Assembly (NCBI RefSeq): GCF_000143415.4
Contig: NW_003314315.1
Span: 310,001 to 374,000 of the forward strand
From: Selaginella moellendorffii
Lineage: Eukaryota > Plantae > Lycopodiophyta
Direction: 5' to 3'
Length of the DNA: 64,000 nucleotides
The notes under the pieces were generated by a model that worked only from the letters and a program-made list of their open reading frames with translations, was not told where the DNA came from and ran no database searches. The position numbers were made by a program, and so were the translations under genes. The stretch's first letter is position 1; the number at the start of each line of letters is the position of its first letter. Below, piece by piece: positions 16,409 through 31,960 of the stretch.

Positions 16409-16679
16409 TGCAATGAACAAGATTCTCACGAAGAAAACGAAGCTAAAACAAAAAATCAGCACTCAGGAAAGAAAACGAAGCAACTAGAACAAAAAATCGG
16501 GGAAGAGCTACCCGAGGAAGCTGAAAGGCCAACGGCCACTGGCACCTCAAGAATCAGAGACTACAAACATGAGATCTGAAAATTTCTCAATCCATCCATG
16601 TCTTGGAAATGTTGACGAGTATACCGGATATTCCAGGTATATTCTTCAAGCTTCACCAACTAAAGAAAATCTTCTTTTA

Positions 16680-18521
<1,842 letters not shown>

Positions 18522-18633
18522 TTACGCCTCGGTGGCATTCTCTTTTGGGGGGAAGTTAAGATTAGGGTTCCTGGGGGCGCGGCAATATTTCGAGAGCGCT
18601 ATGGCGACTGCGCGACCCGATCGGCTGTGAGAG

Positions 18634-19335
18634 ATGGGGCGGCCGTCTGTGTTTGTGGTGATATTCATCATTGTAGCTCACATTATCTCTTTCGCGATGT
18701 CTCTTGGGGCGGAGACTCGACGAACAAAGGTAAACCTCTCGCGCTCTCTCCGAGAGATTTTTCATTGCGAGTCTTCCAGGTAGTTTGGGAGTATGATCCC
18801 AATAACCAGTACTACTATTGCAAATACAAGCTAGACATCGCTAGTGGTCTCGCTGGAGCGGCCTTTGTATTTAATCTCCTCTCGTTTCTGTTGATCATGG
18901 GAATGACCAAGTGCTACTGCTGTGCCGGTCCTCACAAGCCCAGTGGAAATCGATTCTGTGCACTCCTCTCCTTTTTTCTCCTCATGTAAGTAGCTTTGGA
19001 GCTTTTCATTCCAGCTTTGATTTTCTCTTCGTTGTTCTTGCAGAATCGTGTTTATAATTGCCGAGGCTTGCCTTCTCGCCGGTGTCAACCGCAACCAAAT
19101 GAGAACAAAGACGATATACTTCCAGGGGCAAAACGTTCCCGACTGTGAGACTATAAGCAAAGGCATCTTCTCGGCGGCGGCGGCGTTTACGTTCTTCTGC
19201 CTGATACTGAGCTTATCCTACTACGTTTCAGCCGCAAAGTCGGAAGATAGCTATCCGCTGCCTCCGCGGCCACCGTCGGTCGGGATGACAATGTTTCCCC
19301 AGCAGCCATCCGGCCCGAGTCCCTATGCCTTGTAA
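18634..19335 (+). CDS. DUF1218 / fiber protein Fb34-like four-TM membrane protein, 3 exons
   Basis: LGAETRRTK / YYYCKYKLDIASGLAGAAF / FIIAEACLLAG / CETISKGIFSAAAAF. Confidence 0.88.
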
Positions 19336-19438
19336 GCTCCCGCTTTTCACGACGACGACGAACTCCGGGACTTCTTCTTTCAACTTTCCTGGAAGCGATC
19401 GGTCACACGAAGTAAGTTTTTTTTTTTTTTTTCCTCTC

Positions 19439-19972
19439 TTATGGACAAAACGTGATAATGTAATCGCCACCGCTTGGACAGGGAACCAATTTCGGATGGC
19501 AATAGTGGTTGCGACACTGGATAGACTTACACCCGGCAGCGGTCGGGGAGATGGCGAGGGGGACGCTCCCGCGAGAGAACCTGATACCATAAAAGTCGGT
19601 GTCTCCGGAGTGGCCGGAATTGAGCTGGAACTCGGCTATACTGGATGGAAGAAGGTTGGTAATGTAGAAACTTCCCGAGAGAGCTGCGGTGGATTCAACA
19701 GGGACCTGTCCGGTGCCTCCAGCCTCGAGCGTGAAGACGTTCCTCAGCGCCGTGTGGTCTCCTTCCATATGCATCTGGACGTTGAGAGTGAAGTCGCAGT
19801 TATTCCTCGTCTGGAATGTGGTCTGGAAAGTCACAGCTGATCAGAGCAGGACAACGATCGTTAGAACCATAGATCTGCAGGTGGAAGGGGAAAAAGCAAG
19901 GCCCGCAAACAAACCGTGAACTGGGATCGTCGAAAAGAGCAGTAGCAGCAGCGAAGCTATGATCTTCTTCAT
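19439..19972 (-). CDS. Small secreted thaumatin-like (PR-5) protein, 2 exons
   Basis: Signal peptide MKKIIASLLLLLFS; TRNNCDFT, IAEFQLN, TDFYGI, C-terminal CPSGGDYIITFCP. Confidence 0.82.
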
Positions 19973-21969
19973 CTTGGTCGGGGGCAAAATCACGCACGCA
20001 GCAAAGCTCCGGCTTATGAATCGCGGCCCGGGGAGAAATCACACAAAGTAATCGGATGTAAACATGGTTTTCCAGGAGAGCTTGAGTGGATATCCAGGAG
20101 TCCAGATAGCTTTCACGAGGAACAACAGAGCTCCCACTATGGCGACACTTGGAAGAGTGTCAGAGGTGGTATATTGCGATCCAAAACTCCACTATCGTCA
20201 CTAAATCAAATAGAATCGGCATATTCCATATTCTATTTCCCGCATAAACCCTAGAAAGAAAATTTTGTGGACTGGAGGCGGACAAGGTGCTGCACTTGGT
20301 GAAGCACTGCTGCTACTGGATTTGCCGCCATCGTTCTCCATGAGAATCGCGAGCGCGCGAGGTTTTCACTTTGGGCCGATGTTCCGCGGCATAATCCGTG
20401 ATGAAGAGCATTTTGGAGGAAAAAATTTGTTTGATTGATACGAGTGAAGATGCTGCTCCCCAGTGACTGGTTTCTTCATTACGAAGGTTTTTTCTTTTCT
20501 TCTTTCCTTCTTGATTTTCATTTTAACTTCTTACAGGTTATAGTAATGCGATGAGATTCCCAACACTCTTTGATGATTTACTCGACCATCTTCCTCTCTG
20601 CTGCAGACACTGCTTTTGCTACGACAGATATGACTCCGTCGCTAGGCTCTAATATGAACGAACGCGGGAAAGATTAGAAAGCTTTTAGGCTAAGAGACTT
20701 ACCATGCCGTTTAATCACGGCCTTCTTCCCATCTTCGAAAGTGGTGAAGATCGTGTAAGGAGCTAGATTCTTATCAAACTCAGTTTCTAACTGCATAAGC
20801 ATATGATCAGAAAACATTGAATACCAGAAATATACCTCTGCCGGATCTGTATGCTTCACAAAGATTTCCAGAGAGACTTACGCTTTAGAAACATAAAAAG
20901 CGGTGAAGGGTCCACTCAAGAAAGGGCTACACTCGTTTACCCAGACTTCTAAAGCGTTCTGGTGCAGAGGCAAAGATTTGACTTCGTTAAACCTGGACGA
21001 GGTGATCATCCGCGTATGTTTACTGTGCTTTGTGCAGTCTATAGCTCTTGAGAAGGCTCTGAAAGAGTCTTACGATGGACTTCTACTAGGAGAGCTTATA
21101 TAGCCTTTTTAGTAAATCTTCTCCTCCACCAATCTGTTAATAACACTCGTCCTGATGGGACAGGATTTAGTCAGTGGAAATTCATCGTGAGTCTTATGTT
21201 CGGCTGTCAGGAGTCACAAGATTTCCTAGATTATTACTTCGTAGACTTACAGGACGTTGATTTGCAGCCACTAAGGACTCGGACACGGCTTTTTGTCAAG
21301 GTAAATTCACTCTAGCAGCTCTGACTAAACTAGACATGGCTATGCCAGTCTAGTTTCTGGAAGTCATCAAAGCAGGGACTCAAGAACAACGAGTCAGATG
21401 TTGCTCTTGATGATTCCTCGTGGTTCTCAGCCGACAATTTCTTTTGGTTGCTCTTGAAGGTAACTACATTTTTACATGTGTCACGTTTTTCTCATCTATA
21501 CCTGGCAGGACTCATAGCTACAAAAACGGCTGGGATCCTGGCTGTGTTCATTGTGTTTCATGAACACGGCCATGGGTCGTGTTCCCATGGCTGTGTTCAT
21601 GAACAATATATACTATTACAAACACAGGCCATGATCCCGGGCCGTAAACACCAACTTAGGGCACATGCAACAATCTAGAGTGCACCACACATGGTGCAGC
21701 AATCTAGCATACTGTAGGGATAAAGCATCCTTTTTCATGGTGGTGGAATGAGGTAAGTGTGCTTGAGAGCAAGGTTTGGTCATGCAAATATTGCACAATG
21801 GTGAACAAGCTCAATGACATTGATCATGTGTGAGGTAATATGTTTGGAGAAGGCTTAAGCAGCAAGGATATTGTGCATTGCCCCTTTATCCTAAGGTAAC
21901 AAGAAGATAAAACTGGTTAATGTGAAAAAGGTTATTGACTCTGAAAAAGGTAGAAGGGGGAAGAAATAG

Positions 21970-24900
21970 TTGAATATAGAACTTTTATGGACACGTGGCA
22001 CGGTTTAGGTTCTGCTTATACATGAACTATGGACACGTGGCATATGACACGTGGCACATAATTGTGTTATCCTATGGTAAATTACCATAGGATAAAGGGT
22101 AAAAACCACATGCGCTACATTTGGTATCAAAGAGTGAGTCTTGGCGAGTACTATCTAATGTGATTGGGCAACTAATTTCATTGCATACGCAGAGATAAAA
22201 ACGATGATCCGAATGGGTACATATTTAGGTGCAAAGACTTCGCATTCGTTCCTTGGGTATGGATTTGCTTACCTTTTTGTACTGTAATAATGTGAGCTTG
22301 CTCTTGGGCTCATAAGTTAGATATAAATTGTTTTGTTTGCACAAGTTGCTTGGGCTCGTTAGTGAGGCACATTAGCAACTTGAGGTTACACTTTGAGTTG
22401 GTAGGATTAATGTTAGCCTATTGTTAGTTCCATGAGTTGTTCCATATACCGTGAGTTGAAAATAAACCTTCTTTGGGTTTGTTATGAGTGGCAAATAAGC
22501 TGGTTCGTAGCTGTTTAGCATGGCACTAATGGATACTTCTTAAGTATGATTATAAGTGGATCAATTAAGACTGTAGGGATTAGTTTATTGGTTCAAGTAA
22601 TCATTGCCATGCTCTCTCATAAACTTTTCTTGGATTGAATTGAAGGCAGTGCGAAACCAAGCATGAGGTTTAGTCAAAGATGAGATAAAAAAGAGAGTCA
22701 TCAGGGATGAAGGATCAAACACGTAAATCATTTTCTCTTCTTGAAGAAATGATTTACAACGAAGTGTGACTCATTGCTCATGTTCATAATATGCAATCAA
22801 GAGTCCCTATCTTGATGCATGTTGGTTATGATGGTTTTGTAAATGGTGAGTCGTGGGATGGATAGCGGTAAAGCACTAAACCATTTTGTCTAGGCTTGCT
22901 ATTGAAGACTTGGGTTGCAATGCTCAATTCTTTTTCGGGGAACCTTGCTATTGCTCCTTGAGTAGCTTGGTGTTGGATTAATTTGAGATTAATCGGAAAA
23001 AGAGTGGGATGAGTTTGTCCGTGTTGTGAACAAAATTTAGTGGTGTTAAGTGTTGTAAGTCTTTATCGATGGAGTGTGGCATTTATGTTGCATTTTGTCG
23101 AGTCTAGTTCACATTTGATACTCACATAAACCTTTGTAATAGTGATAGGTGCATTGCTCATTGTGCTCAAGTGATAATCAAGTCATTGTGATTTTATATC
23201 ATATCCATGTGATAGTGAGCAATGTGTTTATGAAGTTGTTTGGTTAAATAATGATCAACCCCAAAGTGGTTGATGGTAAAGTTAGTTTACTTACACATAG
23301 TAATATTGTAGTAGCTTTGATTAGATTCTTGATGGTGGTCTATTATGCTAAGCTTAAGTTGGTTCTTTGGTTCCTTGAGGGTTTGCCCATTGAGGTGTTA
23401 GAAGGGGTTGTAGCATCTATTTGTTATAACTTGTCAAATGATCCATTAACACTTGGAGTAAATTGTTGAATGGAGAAGATGTATATGTACACAACCAAAG
23501 AGAACGACTTGAGAGATGATCCATAGGGTTCAAATATAAAGGGAAAGGGCCTATATGGGGTTAAATGTTTTTGGGTTTGAATAGTACTGGGTTGGGTGAC
23601 TTTCGGGAAGTCCAAACTCAATTGAGGCATTAACATCACTAGCACTTATGTTAGTGGAAGTGGCATTGTTATTTCAAGTGATGAGGAATTTTCCTTAGAG
23701 CTTGATTTTCCATGTCATTTTTTTTATTAGTGTTTTGGCTTCACATTGGATCTTGAAGGTAGTTGAAGAAGAGTGTTAGTACAATGTGGATATCCGAAGA
23801 TGTGGTCTTTGTGATCAAGTCTTGGATGTTCACTTTGTATTTTGTGGATGTTAGTGTTGGATATCGAAAAAATGGGTAAAGATGTTCGATGCTTAAGCAT
23901 ACTATTGGTTATGAAAATTTGTGTCGAGGTGAATCTATGTGAAGTTGTTGGTAGGAGGAAGTTTGTTGAGTCTTGAAAGTTTGCATTCCTGGACTGAGAA
24001 TTATTCTTTCTTTAGGATGGAAATTTTTTTGCAAATTTTCTTAAACTTTTCCAATAGCTGATTTATTGATCATTTTGTCCGAAAACCATTCCGTTTTCGA
24101 AAGCCAATACAAACTAATGAAGGGGTTGGAATTGACTTCGGTTGACTTAAACCTTAGTATGTAGTTTGTATGATGCGGCCCAAAAGGGATGTTGACTTTT
24201 GAGGCTAAAGTAATTGAGTTGGATAGAGTTTAGAGTTGGTGTAAAAAAGTGACTGTTGCGCTTTTCTAAAAAGGGTGACTTTTGTGCTTTTCTTCTATAG
24301 CATTGTGCTTTGTGATAGGTTGCATTTTGCATTTCATTAAACTCTATGAGAGTAGTGAGCTCTGACTGATCTTGACTTGGTCTTAGTAGCCTTGCTCCTT
24401 GGCTAAGGATGGTGATATCCAACTTAGTTGTTTAAAGTTGAGATGTTAGTACCTATATTATAGCTTTGTCTATGAGGAGGTTGTGTATTGATATGAGTCC
24501 ATCTCATAGTCTTCACTTTAGTTTAGACTAAGTGTTCATCATGCATAGCTAGCCTTTTCAAAGCATGCTTAGAGATATTGGCTAAATGCATTAGTGAACT
24601 TATTTTGGTTAAGTTAGATTCGAGTGGTCATTTAGTTTATACTTGTCAATGAACCTATATCTTGTACATGAGGTATTACATTACTATTAGACAAATATAT
24701 GACATGATGGCATGAGTTTCATGTTTGGGTTTTATGAAGGAAATTTGAAAGAGTGATTGTCGATTGCTTGGCAACTAGTGATTGCTTATAGACTTCATCA
24801 AGGATTGTTTAACACTTGCTTCACTCGATGATGATTTAGTAGTGATGGGCTTGCTTTACCAAATGGTGTTGCAGAGGATCGTGTTGTTAGACTTACATGG

Positions 24901-27714
24901 TTTTTCCATGTTCCACCTCTGTCGATATCATTTTTGGTTGTGTTTACTCTATAGTATTGGATTTCATTGAATCTTGGATATGGTGATTCACTCCTTGCGA
25001 AAGTGTTATCTGTAACTAAATATTGTTGAAGAATTAGTCTCAGATACTGACTAAAGTATCTTTGACTTTGGTTAGCTTGGTTGCTAGAGAGTTTTGGGTA
25101 GTGATTCACTCTTACTTTCTTTTAGCTTTATTTTAGTGTTGATGACATTGAAGTGATGCTTGTCATTGAAAATATTAATGTTAAGACTCGAATGAAATGA
25201 AATGTATCTCCATAAGATTGATATTGAGTTTCATTAGTCTCGATAAAGATAATGTTGATAATTTGGCTTTAGTTTTGTGTTGTTGGTATTCGTGCATTTG
25301 CTAATTAACAATTATATTGACGTTCAAATGAACTGAGTAGCAAGTTTGAGTTAGTTGTGTTCTAGACGAGATTGTTTAGTTGAGGTTAAGTTTTGACCTT
25401 TTCCTTGAAAGGTGATTTAGTTGTAAACTATGCTAGCCTTACAAGTGAAAGAATTAGTGATTGATATTGAAGTGATTGAATCCTTATTAGATTTGAGTTT
25501 GATATATTAATCATTAATAATTCTTTTTAAATTTGTTATGAAGTGAGTTACGTTTTGCTATAGATGGATTCATGGAGGATCATTTAATGATCACTTGTTG
25601 AATATAACTTTGTTGTGCTTAACTTTTGGATTGATGCAGAAATGCTCTTCATTATCTTTGGCATTATGAAGTTTGGCTTATGGATGTGTTGAGGAAGATA
25701 TTATGGGTTACACTATGATTTCTTTTTTAGTATTGAAATTAGTTCATGCAAGACTTGTGATCATTATTAGGCAAGACTTGGTTATAGGTTTCTTCAAGGT
25801 TTTGGTTCCTTGAGTTTTGTGCTCATTGTTTCATTTGTTAAAAGTTGTTGGGGAAGGCATTTTGGCTCCTAGCTTTAATGTCGAAGTTAGTATTTGCATC
25901 AAGTAATCATTGGTGATGATTGATTATCATTTAGGATAATTGATTATCCTTGTTAGAGGTTTTGCTTGATTATTATTAGTACAGAATGGTTTGCCATTCT
26001 TCAAGATGGTGGATTCTTTCTTTGACAATGATTCTGCATATCTCTTTTTGATGGGATGATTGATGATCTTTTATGATGGTTAGTTGTTCTCTTTGATGGC
26101 TTATGGCTTTTTGCAATACCACATGTTCTTTGTGGTTTACTCTGGATTGGTTTCTTAGGTTTGAGATATTGATAGAATGTTGCTAACACTTACTTAAGCA
26201 ACTTGAGTACCTTTGTATTGTTGACTGAGATTTATTCAGATTGGTTTCTATGATAATTGACATGAATAGGTGTTTGTTGGTCTTACCACATTCATTCTGT
26301 TCTGTTGATTGTTGCTCGAGTTAGTTCTAATAGATTATGATGTTATTTCCTTTGGGTGATACATTCGCGAGCATTGTGCTTGTCGATTAAAGATACTTTG
26401 TGTTCTTTGAGTTATCTTTGGTAAGTTGTTTAGCATACTGTCTACAATCATCGGTAGTTAAGTTTTCTCATTGAGTTTACTTGATGATATACTTACTATT
26501 GAATTTTGTTGGATGATGAATCCTATGTTTTCTAACTATAGTGATCTTGGTGGTTCCTATACTGTAATACTGTTTTATTGGATAATAACTTACTTGGAAT
26601 ACTTTTGTGTTCTAATCTAAGTTTTATTCACTGATAATTAAGTCTCTAAGATATCATTGTCTATAACTTTGATATTGTCCATCTATTGATCTTTGAGTTT
26701 GGGCCAGTATAGGCAGATTGGCTTCGGCACTTTGTGTGCATGGTGAAATCTCTAGTCATGAAGTAGCTACTGTTCATTGGTCACATCACTCACCTCTCTG
26801 TCGATGTTCCTTATTCCGTTAAAAGGGCATGACCGTGTAAACAACTCTAACTGCCTATTTACAGTAGTTTATCTAAACTTTACCGACGAGTTTGGTTTCT
26901 TTGCTCAAGAGGGTTAGAGCCTTTAGCTTCTCTCTCTATATCCCTATGGGTAGGGGCGTATCACACTTTTGTAACCTAGGTGACACCCAGAGCAGCAAGG
27001 GTGGCTAACTCCGTTGGTTATTTCCTTGTCGGTGACGGCTGGAAGGTGTCTAAGTTGGTAGCGCATCCGCGTTAGACAAAGAAATTGCCTCCTAACTCAT
27101 TTAAGTTGGTGCATTTCTCACATAGTATGAATACCATGAACTTTTTCTGGAGTTATTTCCTTAGCAGTATTTTAGACTAGAGTATGCATCAATGAGGATG
27201 TCAATCTTCCCTAGGGGGGGAAAGTGTTGCGAATGTAACTTCGGGTATCAAAAGTTACTTGTCAGCCAGTCCTTACAGACACTCTTTCCTTACTGCCACG
27301 ATACCAGGAGGCCTGTATTGTTAGACCCTTTATTCATCCCTCTGGTTCAAGTATTAGTAAACTGGACTTTGCATCTATACTTGGCCGGATGAGCATAAGG
27401 ACAGAATTCCTAAGTGTTTATTGAGCCAAACATATTTGGCCCGGCTTTTTAGTTCTCTTTTGCTCTGTCTTACACTGGTTTGACAAGAACCCTCGCTTAT
27501 TGAAACTAATCCCTTAATATTGTTGGATGATAGCTTACCATCTTTGCCAAACACCCTCGCTATTATACCTTTTATGTTAGTCTCATTTCGGTCCCAAATG
27601 TTATTTATGGAAAGTGTCTAAATTTGCTCATTTGGCATATCTATAGAATGTAGAGATTGTTCTGAACACAGTGGTGTTCATCTCATGTCCAAATTCGTGT
27701 TCTAGCGCCATTCC
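21970..27714 (+). mobile_element. Highly degenerate LTR retrotransposon nested in the hAT
   Basis: ...ctaca followed by tRNA-Met-type PBS tggtatcaaag at about 22122; polypurine tract agggggggaaag then TG at 27225; TG/T-rich decayed internal region without long ORFs; matching LTR pair not visible (gap). Confidence 0.6.
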
Positions 27715-27814
27715 NNNNNNNNNNNNNNNNNNNNNNNNNNNNNNNNNNNNNNNNNNNNNNNNNNNNNNNNNNNNNNNNNNNNNNNNNNNNNNNNNNNNNN
27801 NNNNNNNNNNNNNN
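27715..27814. other. Assembly gap (100 N)
   Basis: Run of n. Confidence 1.
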
Positions 27815-29052
27815 AGAAAAAAAAAGAAAGGAGAGAAAAAAGAGAAAAAAAGAAGGGAGAGAAAAAAAAAGAGGAAGAAGAAAAAGAAGAAAAGAGGCAT
27901 ACAGGGTCTTTTGCAACTGAGCCTGGTCCGTGCTGTATGGAATTATCATAAGCGAATGTTGTGTTATAGTGATACAAGGTTTGGCTACAACCTCATTATG
28001 ATAAAGAGGCTAGTGGAGCTTCGAGAAGCTCTACAATAGATGTTCGTATGCTCTGTGTATAGAGCAAGACCTAAGTTGAAAGCAAGAGTTGGCAGAGACA
28101 ATTATATAACTATATTTGATAACCATTTTTGGGAACAAGTTAAGGACATATTAGAGGTACCTGAGGATGCTATGCTGCTACTTCATCTTGTGGATGGTGA
28201 TATACTTGCAATTGGAAAAATATATAAGTGTATGAATAGGTTAGATGCAAATTTAGAGGAAGGACAATCAGATTATAGCAAATATAAAGAACTTCATTAG
28301 ATCATGTTTAATTGGTGGCATGAGTATCACTCGCTCATGCACTTGGTGGGATATATATTGGACCCCAAGTTTAAGACCATGAAAAGCATGCTCACAAAGA
28401 AGTCATGAAGGATTGAAATGCTTATCTGTTACCCATGTTTACATCTAGTGAGAAGGATGTGATATAGGATAAACTTTTAACTTACAAAAGGATAGGAAGC
28501 ATTTTCAACTTGACTGATGCTAAGGTTTATCACACTAAGAAGGGAGATGTATGTTAGTGGGAGGACTATGGTTATGAAATTCTAGCGCTTCAAAAGTTGA
28601 CCATTCAAGTTCTAAGTCAAGCATGTTCATCATCCTCAATGGAGAGATTTGTGGAGCTACAAAGTATTAGAGACAATTCCTTATTTGGAAGACAAACTTG
28701 AATCAAGAGAGGAAGAGGAAGATTGAGATGATGTTGAAGATAATGATTATTTATAGGATGTTTGAGTAGTTTATATATAATAAAAAGTAGCATTCCTAGA
28801 ATTAAAAATAAATATTCTTAGAATATTCACTAGAATATTTGTAAGCCGTGATCATGTTCTATAGTTAGGTTCTTGAAAATCTAAAACTCATGTTCATTAG
28901 TGTTTGTAACTATGCACAGGATTTTTTATGCATGCTACAGCCTGTTGAAGAGATCCTTAAGCACCCCCTCCCCCTCCCCCTGGGAGCAGGGCAAATCAAC
29001 AAAAAAAGGTGTATTTTATTATTTTTAAAAAATTACTCCAAACATTAGAAAG

Positions 29053-29462
29053 CTAAAAGAAACTGCCATAGTTTGCCAACTTTGTTTTAAAGCCAACTTG
29101 TTCCCATGCACGTATTTGGAGCTCTTCTAACCACCACGAAAGTCTTCGTTCTAGCATGTATGGGTAGAGCTTTGAAAAGCTACTACTCACCATTATACTG
29201 TGGTTGGTTGGGAGCATGGGATCGCTAGTTTTGTGGACTGGAACTATGCTCGAGATCATTTAGCAAATTCTAATTCCTGGTTCTTTGCTTGCACCATGGG
29301 CCAGAGATGAAAGCAGAGCTGCATGAATACTTTGTGCCAAACATTCCCATACTCATGCCACTCTTGTGCAAACACCACAACATCTAGACATAGTCGATAT
29401 AAGTCACAACTCAGTTGAAGAGCTGTTAATGGTTTACTGGTATTCATAAATCTCAACATCAT
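29053..29462 (-). mobile_element. Non-LTR retrotransposon (LINE) reverse transcriptase fragment
   Basis: IVPVHKTSDP..IMVSSSFSKLY..MLERRLSWWLE..EQVGFK matches the LINE RT IVPIxKxGD..YRPI..KL..QxGFR pattern. Confidence 0.7.
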
Positions 29463-30419
29463 CTATCTTCTTTCCAAACTTCTTGTTTCTGGTGCTGCCG
29501 TAATTTCCTGGTTTATGATAGGTCCTTAGTCCTGCCTTCCTCCTCTAATGGCTCTGGGTACCTTAAACTAAGCTCCCACCTTGTAAAACTTAACTTGTTT
29601 TGCCAGGAATTCCCGTATATGCATCAGGAGGGATTGCTCTTCCAGTGTACTCCGTCTTCCATGTGAAGCCATTGTGAGTGCATGAAGTACTGTCTTAAGT
29701 GGAACACAGTAACTTGTGTGACATTAGACGCTTTAGAAGCCTTTGTCCCTAACCGGTAGTTCACCTCTAGAACTAAATCCTGCTTGTCCTCTTTGAGGTT
29801 GGTCTGTTATTTTCTAAGGAATTTGTACAGGGTTGGTCTCGTTTTTTGAAGATAATTTACCAGGTAACTAGTGGTCTTGGTCTCCAGAATTTTCAGTTGG
29901 AGCCTAGTTGCAAAGGCAGCCGGAGTAGCAAATCCTACGGATTCCAAGAAACTATGAAAGGCCTGCAAGATAGTAACAGAATTGTGGGATTACTTTCTTA
30001 CCTGTGGTACATCATCATTCTCATTGTCACTGCTGGAAGTAGTGTCCAAATCGACGGCCGTGAGGGACAACGTACTACGTCCCTCATCTTCATTCAAATT
30101 GACCTGTTCACGATATAACAATTTCAGAGAGGTTACAAAATGAAACCTTCAAATATTACATAGTAATGACTTCGGATGAATTCCAGGGAAGGCAATTAGC
30201 AACTCCAAAAGAACCGGTGGACCAAACGTGATAGATTCAGTCAAAGCGGTACTTAGAATGAACATGAGAGTAGGTATGTACTCTCAAGTACGTAGGTACG
30301 TACCAGCGCAGGTACGTATTTGCGCGTAAGTACAAAAGTTCTAATAGATTGATGGTGGTGTCCAAATCTGGCCAGATCTGAGAGATGGTAGAATAGTCAA
30401 GAGCCATAGATCAACCTCT

Positions 30420-31960
30420 TTCATGTTTTTCTTCTTTACATGTTCGCCAAAACCTTTTCATCCCCGGGCAGATGCAAGCAAGTTGAGAAATGGAATACGA
30501 TGCGACTGAGATGGTGATGGATCGAGAATTTGGAGGCTTCTGGCAGCCGAGGTAGAGCTCCATTCCTGAGAGTTATGACACTTCCCAACTTAAGTGCGAA
30601 CGTGGATTTCCACACAAGGGTCACCAAGCTGTTGCTGCCGCCGTCGCCGCAAGATGTTCATCGCTCGAGCCATTATGTAACAAGGCAGAAGAAATCCTGC
30701 GGCGCCGAAAAAGAAGAGCTGGACAAAATCAAAGTCTCAACAAACCAGGAGACATCTATCCGAGTTTAAACGCTACCGTAAAGAAAGTGGAGGCGTCGCC
30801 GTCGCTCCCGGCGGCACCAAGAGCCAGCGTGAGACGAAGTAGCAGCAGTGCCATCAACTGAGACCCGAGGTAAAAGCTCTTGTCATTCGGAAAAAAACAC
30901 AAGAACTAATGCGAGTGTACTTACGATGACTGCAGTAGAACGGCAACAGGCAGCTCCGGAAGCATTTGCAGCCGCGTAGTCATCGATTTCCTGGATGAAG
31001 TTACGCTCGGCAGCCATTGCCATGATTCGAGGATCAAGCTGATAGTGGCTTCTCCATTCGACGTTCCTGCCAAGAAACAAAACGATGGAAGGTACTTTAG
31101 CACCTTCGCTTCACAGAAGATGGCTGACTGACGCTACATACCTGGAGTGGTCATCGGGGAGAGCAACAGGAGCGGCAGGACGGACTGGCTCTGTGTAGCC
31201 TTTAAAAGGCTGCAAAACAGGACACCGAGAAAAAGAAAAGAAAACGTGATCGGAATCAGCGAACACGAGCAAGGTAAATCATAAGTTCAGTGCGGATGAT
31301 GCTACCTGCTGACAAATCTCGCAGATGGTGTCCCCTTTTTCGTTGCACCAGCACTGCACACACTTTCGATGAGCATACTGCCAAAACCAGAAACTTGCTT
31401 AGAACTCTCAGCCGGCACGAAGAACATACTTTCAAGCTGCCGCAGCAAGAGCACGGGATTTCGAGATTCCCAGCCTCGTCTTCCTCTAGGCAGATTCTAC
31501 ATTCGTCCTGCTGGGATTTTAGCAATGGTGGCGATGGTGAGTGATCCTGGTGATGGTGCTGCTGCTGCCGCTGATCAATTGGGAAGATGGAAAAACTGGT
31601 TTTTGATGAGCAGCGACAAGCTGGTTCCATTCTTCTGGAAATGGGATTAGCGCAAACAAGCGCCGAGCCTCTCGACGTCTAGAGCGTGATCTTCCATATA
31701 AGCCGTGTGTGAGCGAAGATCACGAAAAGGAAGAGGAGGAAAAAAATGGAGGAAGAAGATGTTTTCCAAAACGGTAAAACTCGTTTTAGTGTCAACATTT
31801 TCTAGCCGAGAACTGGGAGTGAACGAGTGAAGCATGCACGAGACATTCCGCTGCTGCAGCGAACAAAGAGAAGGAAAAAGGAGAGAAGAAGAATCACCAG
31901 CACAAGAAGAATTCCTTCTTCAAAGGATCATCAGGTCATGGAATCTTTTATAGGTCAGAA
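30420..31960 (-). pseudogene. RING-CH E3 ligase pseudogene (copy of 42526-44340)
   Basis: Colinear match with deletions; premature TAA at 31647-31649 (RLGACLR*). Confidence 0.9.

Larger units (their letters stand above)
21513..28914 (+). mobile_element. Degenerate hAT DNA transposon
   Basis: Imperfect 15-bp TIRs catagctacaaaaac / gtgtttgtaactatg; near 8-bp TSD gcaggact / acaggatt; BED-finger relic WSCKYC..DIVHCP near 21780-21885; transposase relics TRFGY..IKRLVELREAL, FWEQVKDIL, HLVGYILDP, VLSQACSSSSMER at 27950-28660. Confidence 0.82.
20265..28960 (+). pseudogene. AAR2 pseudogene with internal inversion, interrupted by a hAT element
   Basis: 20265-21512 and 28916-28960 match 40530-42110 with deletions; 20566-20869 is the reverse complement of about 40955-41325. 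Confidence 0.9.

Noticed and set aside
21990-22060. Three gacacgtggca repeats (similar palindromes at 63470-63530)
   Set aside because: G-box-like motifs in LTR or promoter DNA; too short and irregular for CRISPR or a defined element
27628-28039. Low-complexity ORFs spanning the N gap
   Set aside because: Artefacts of the gap and of a poor-quality purine run
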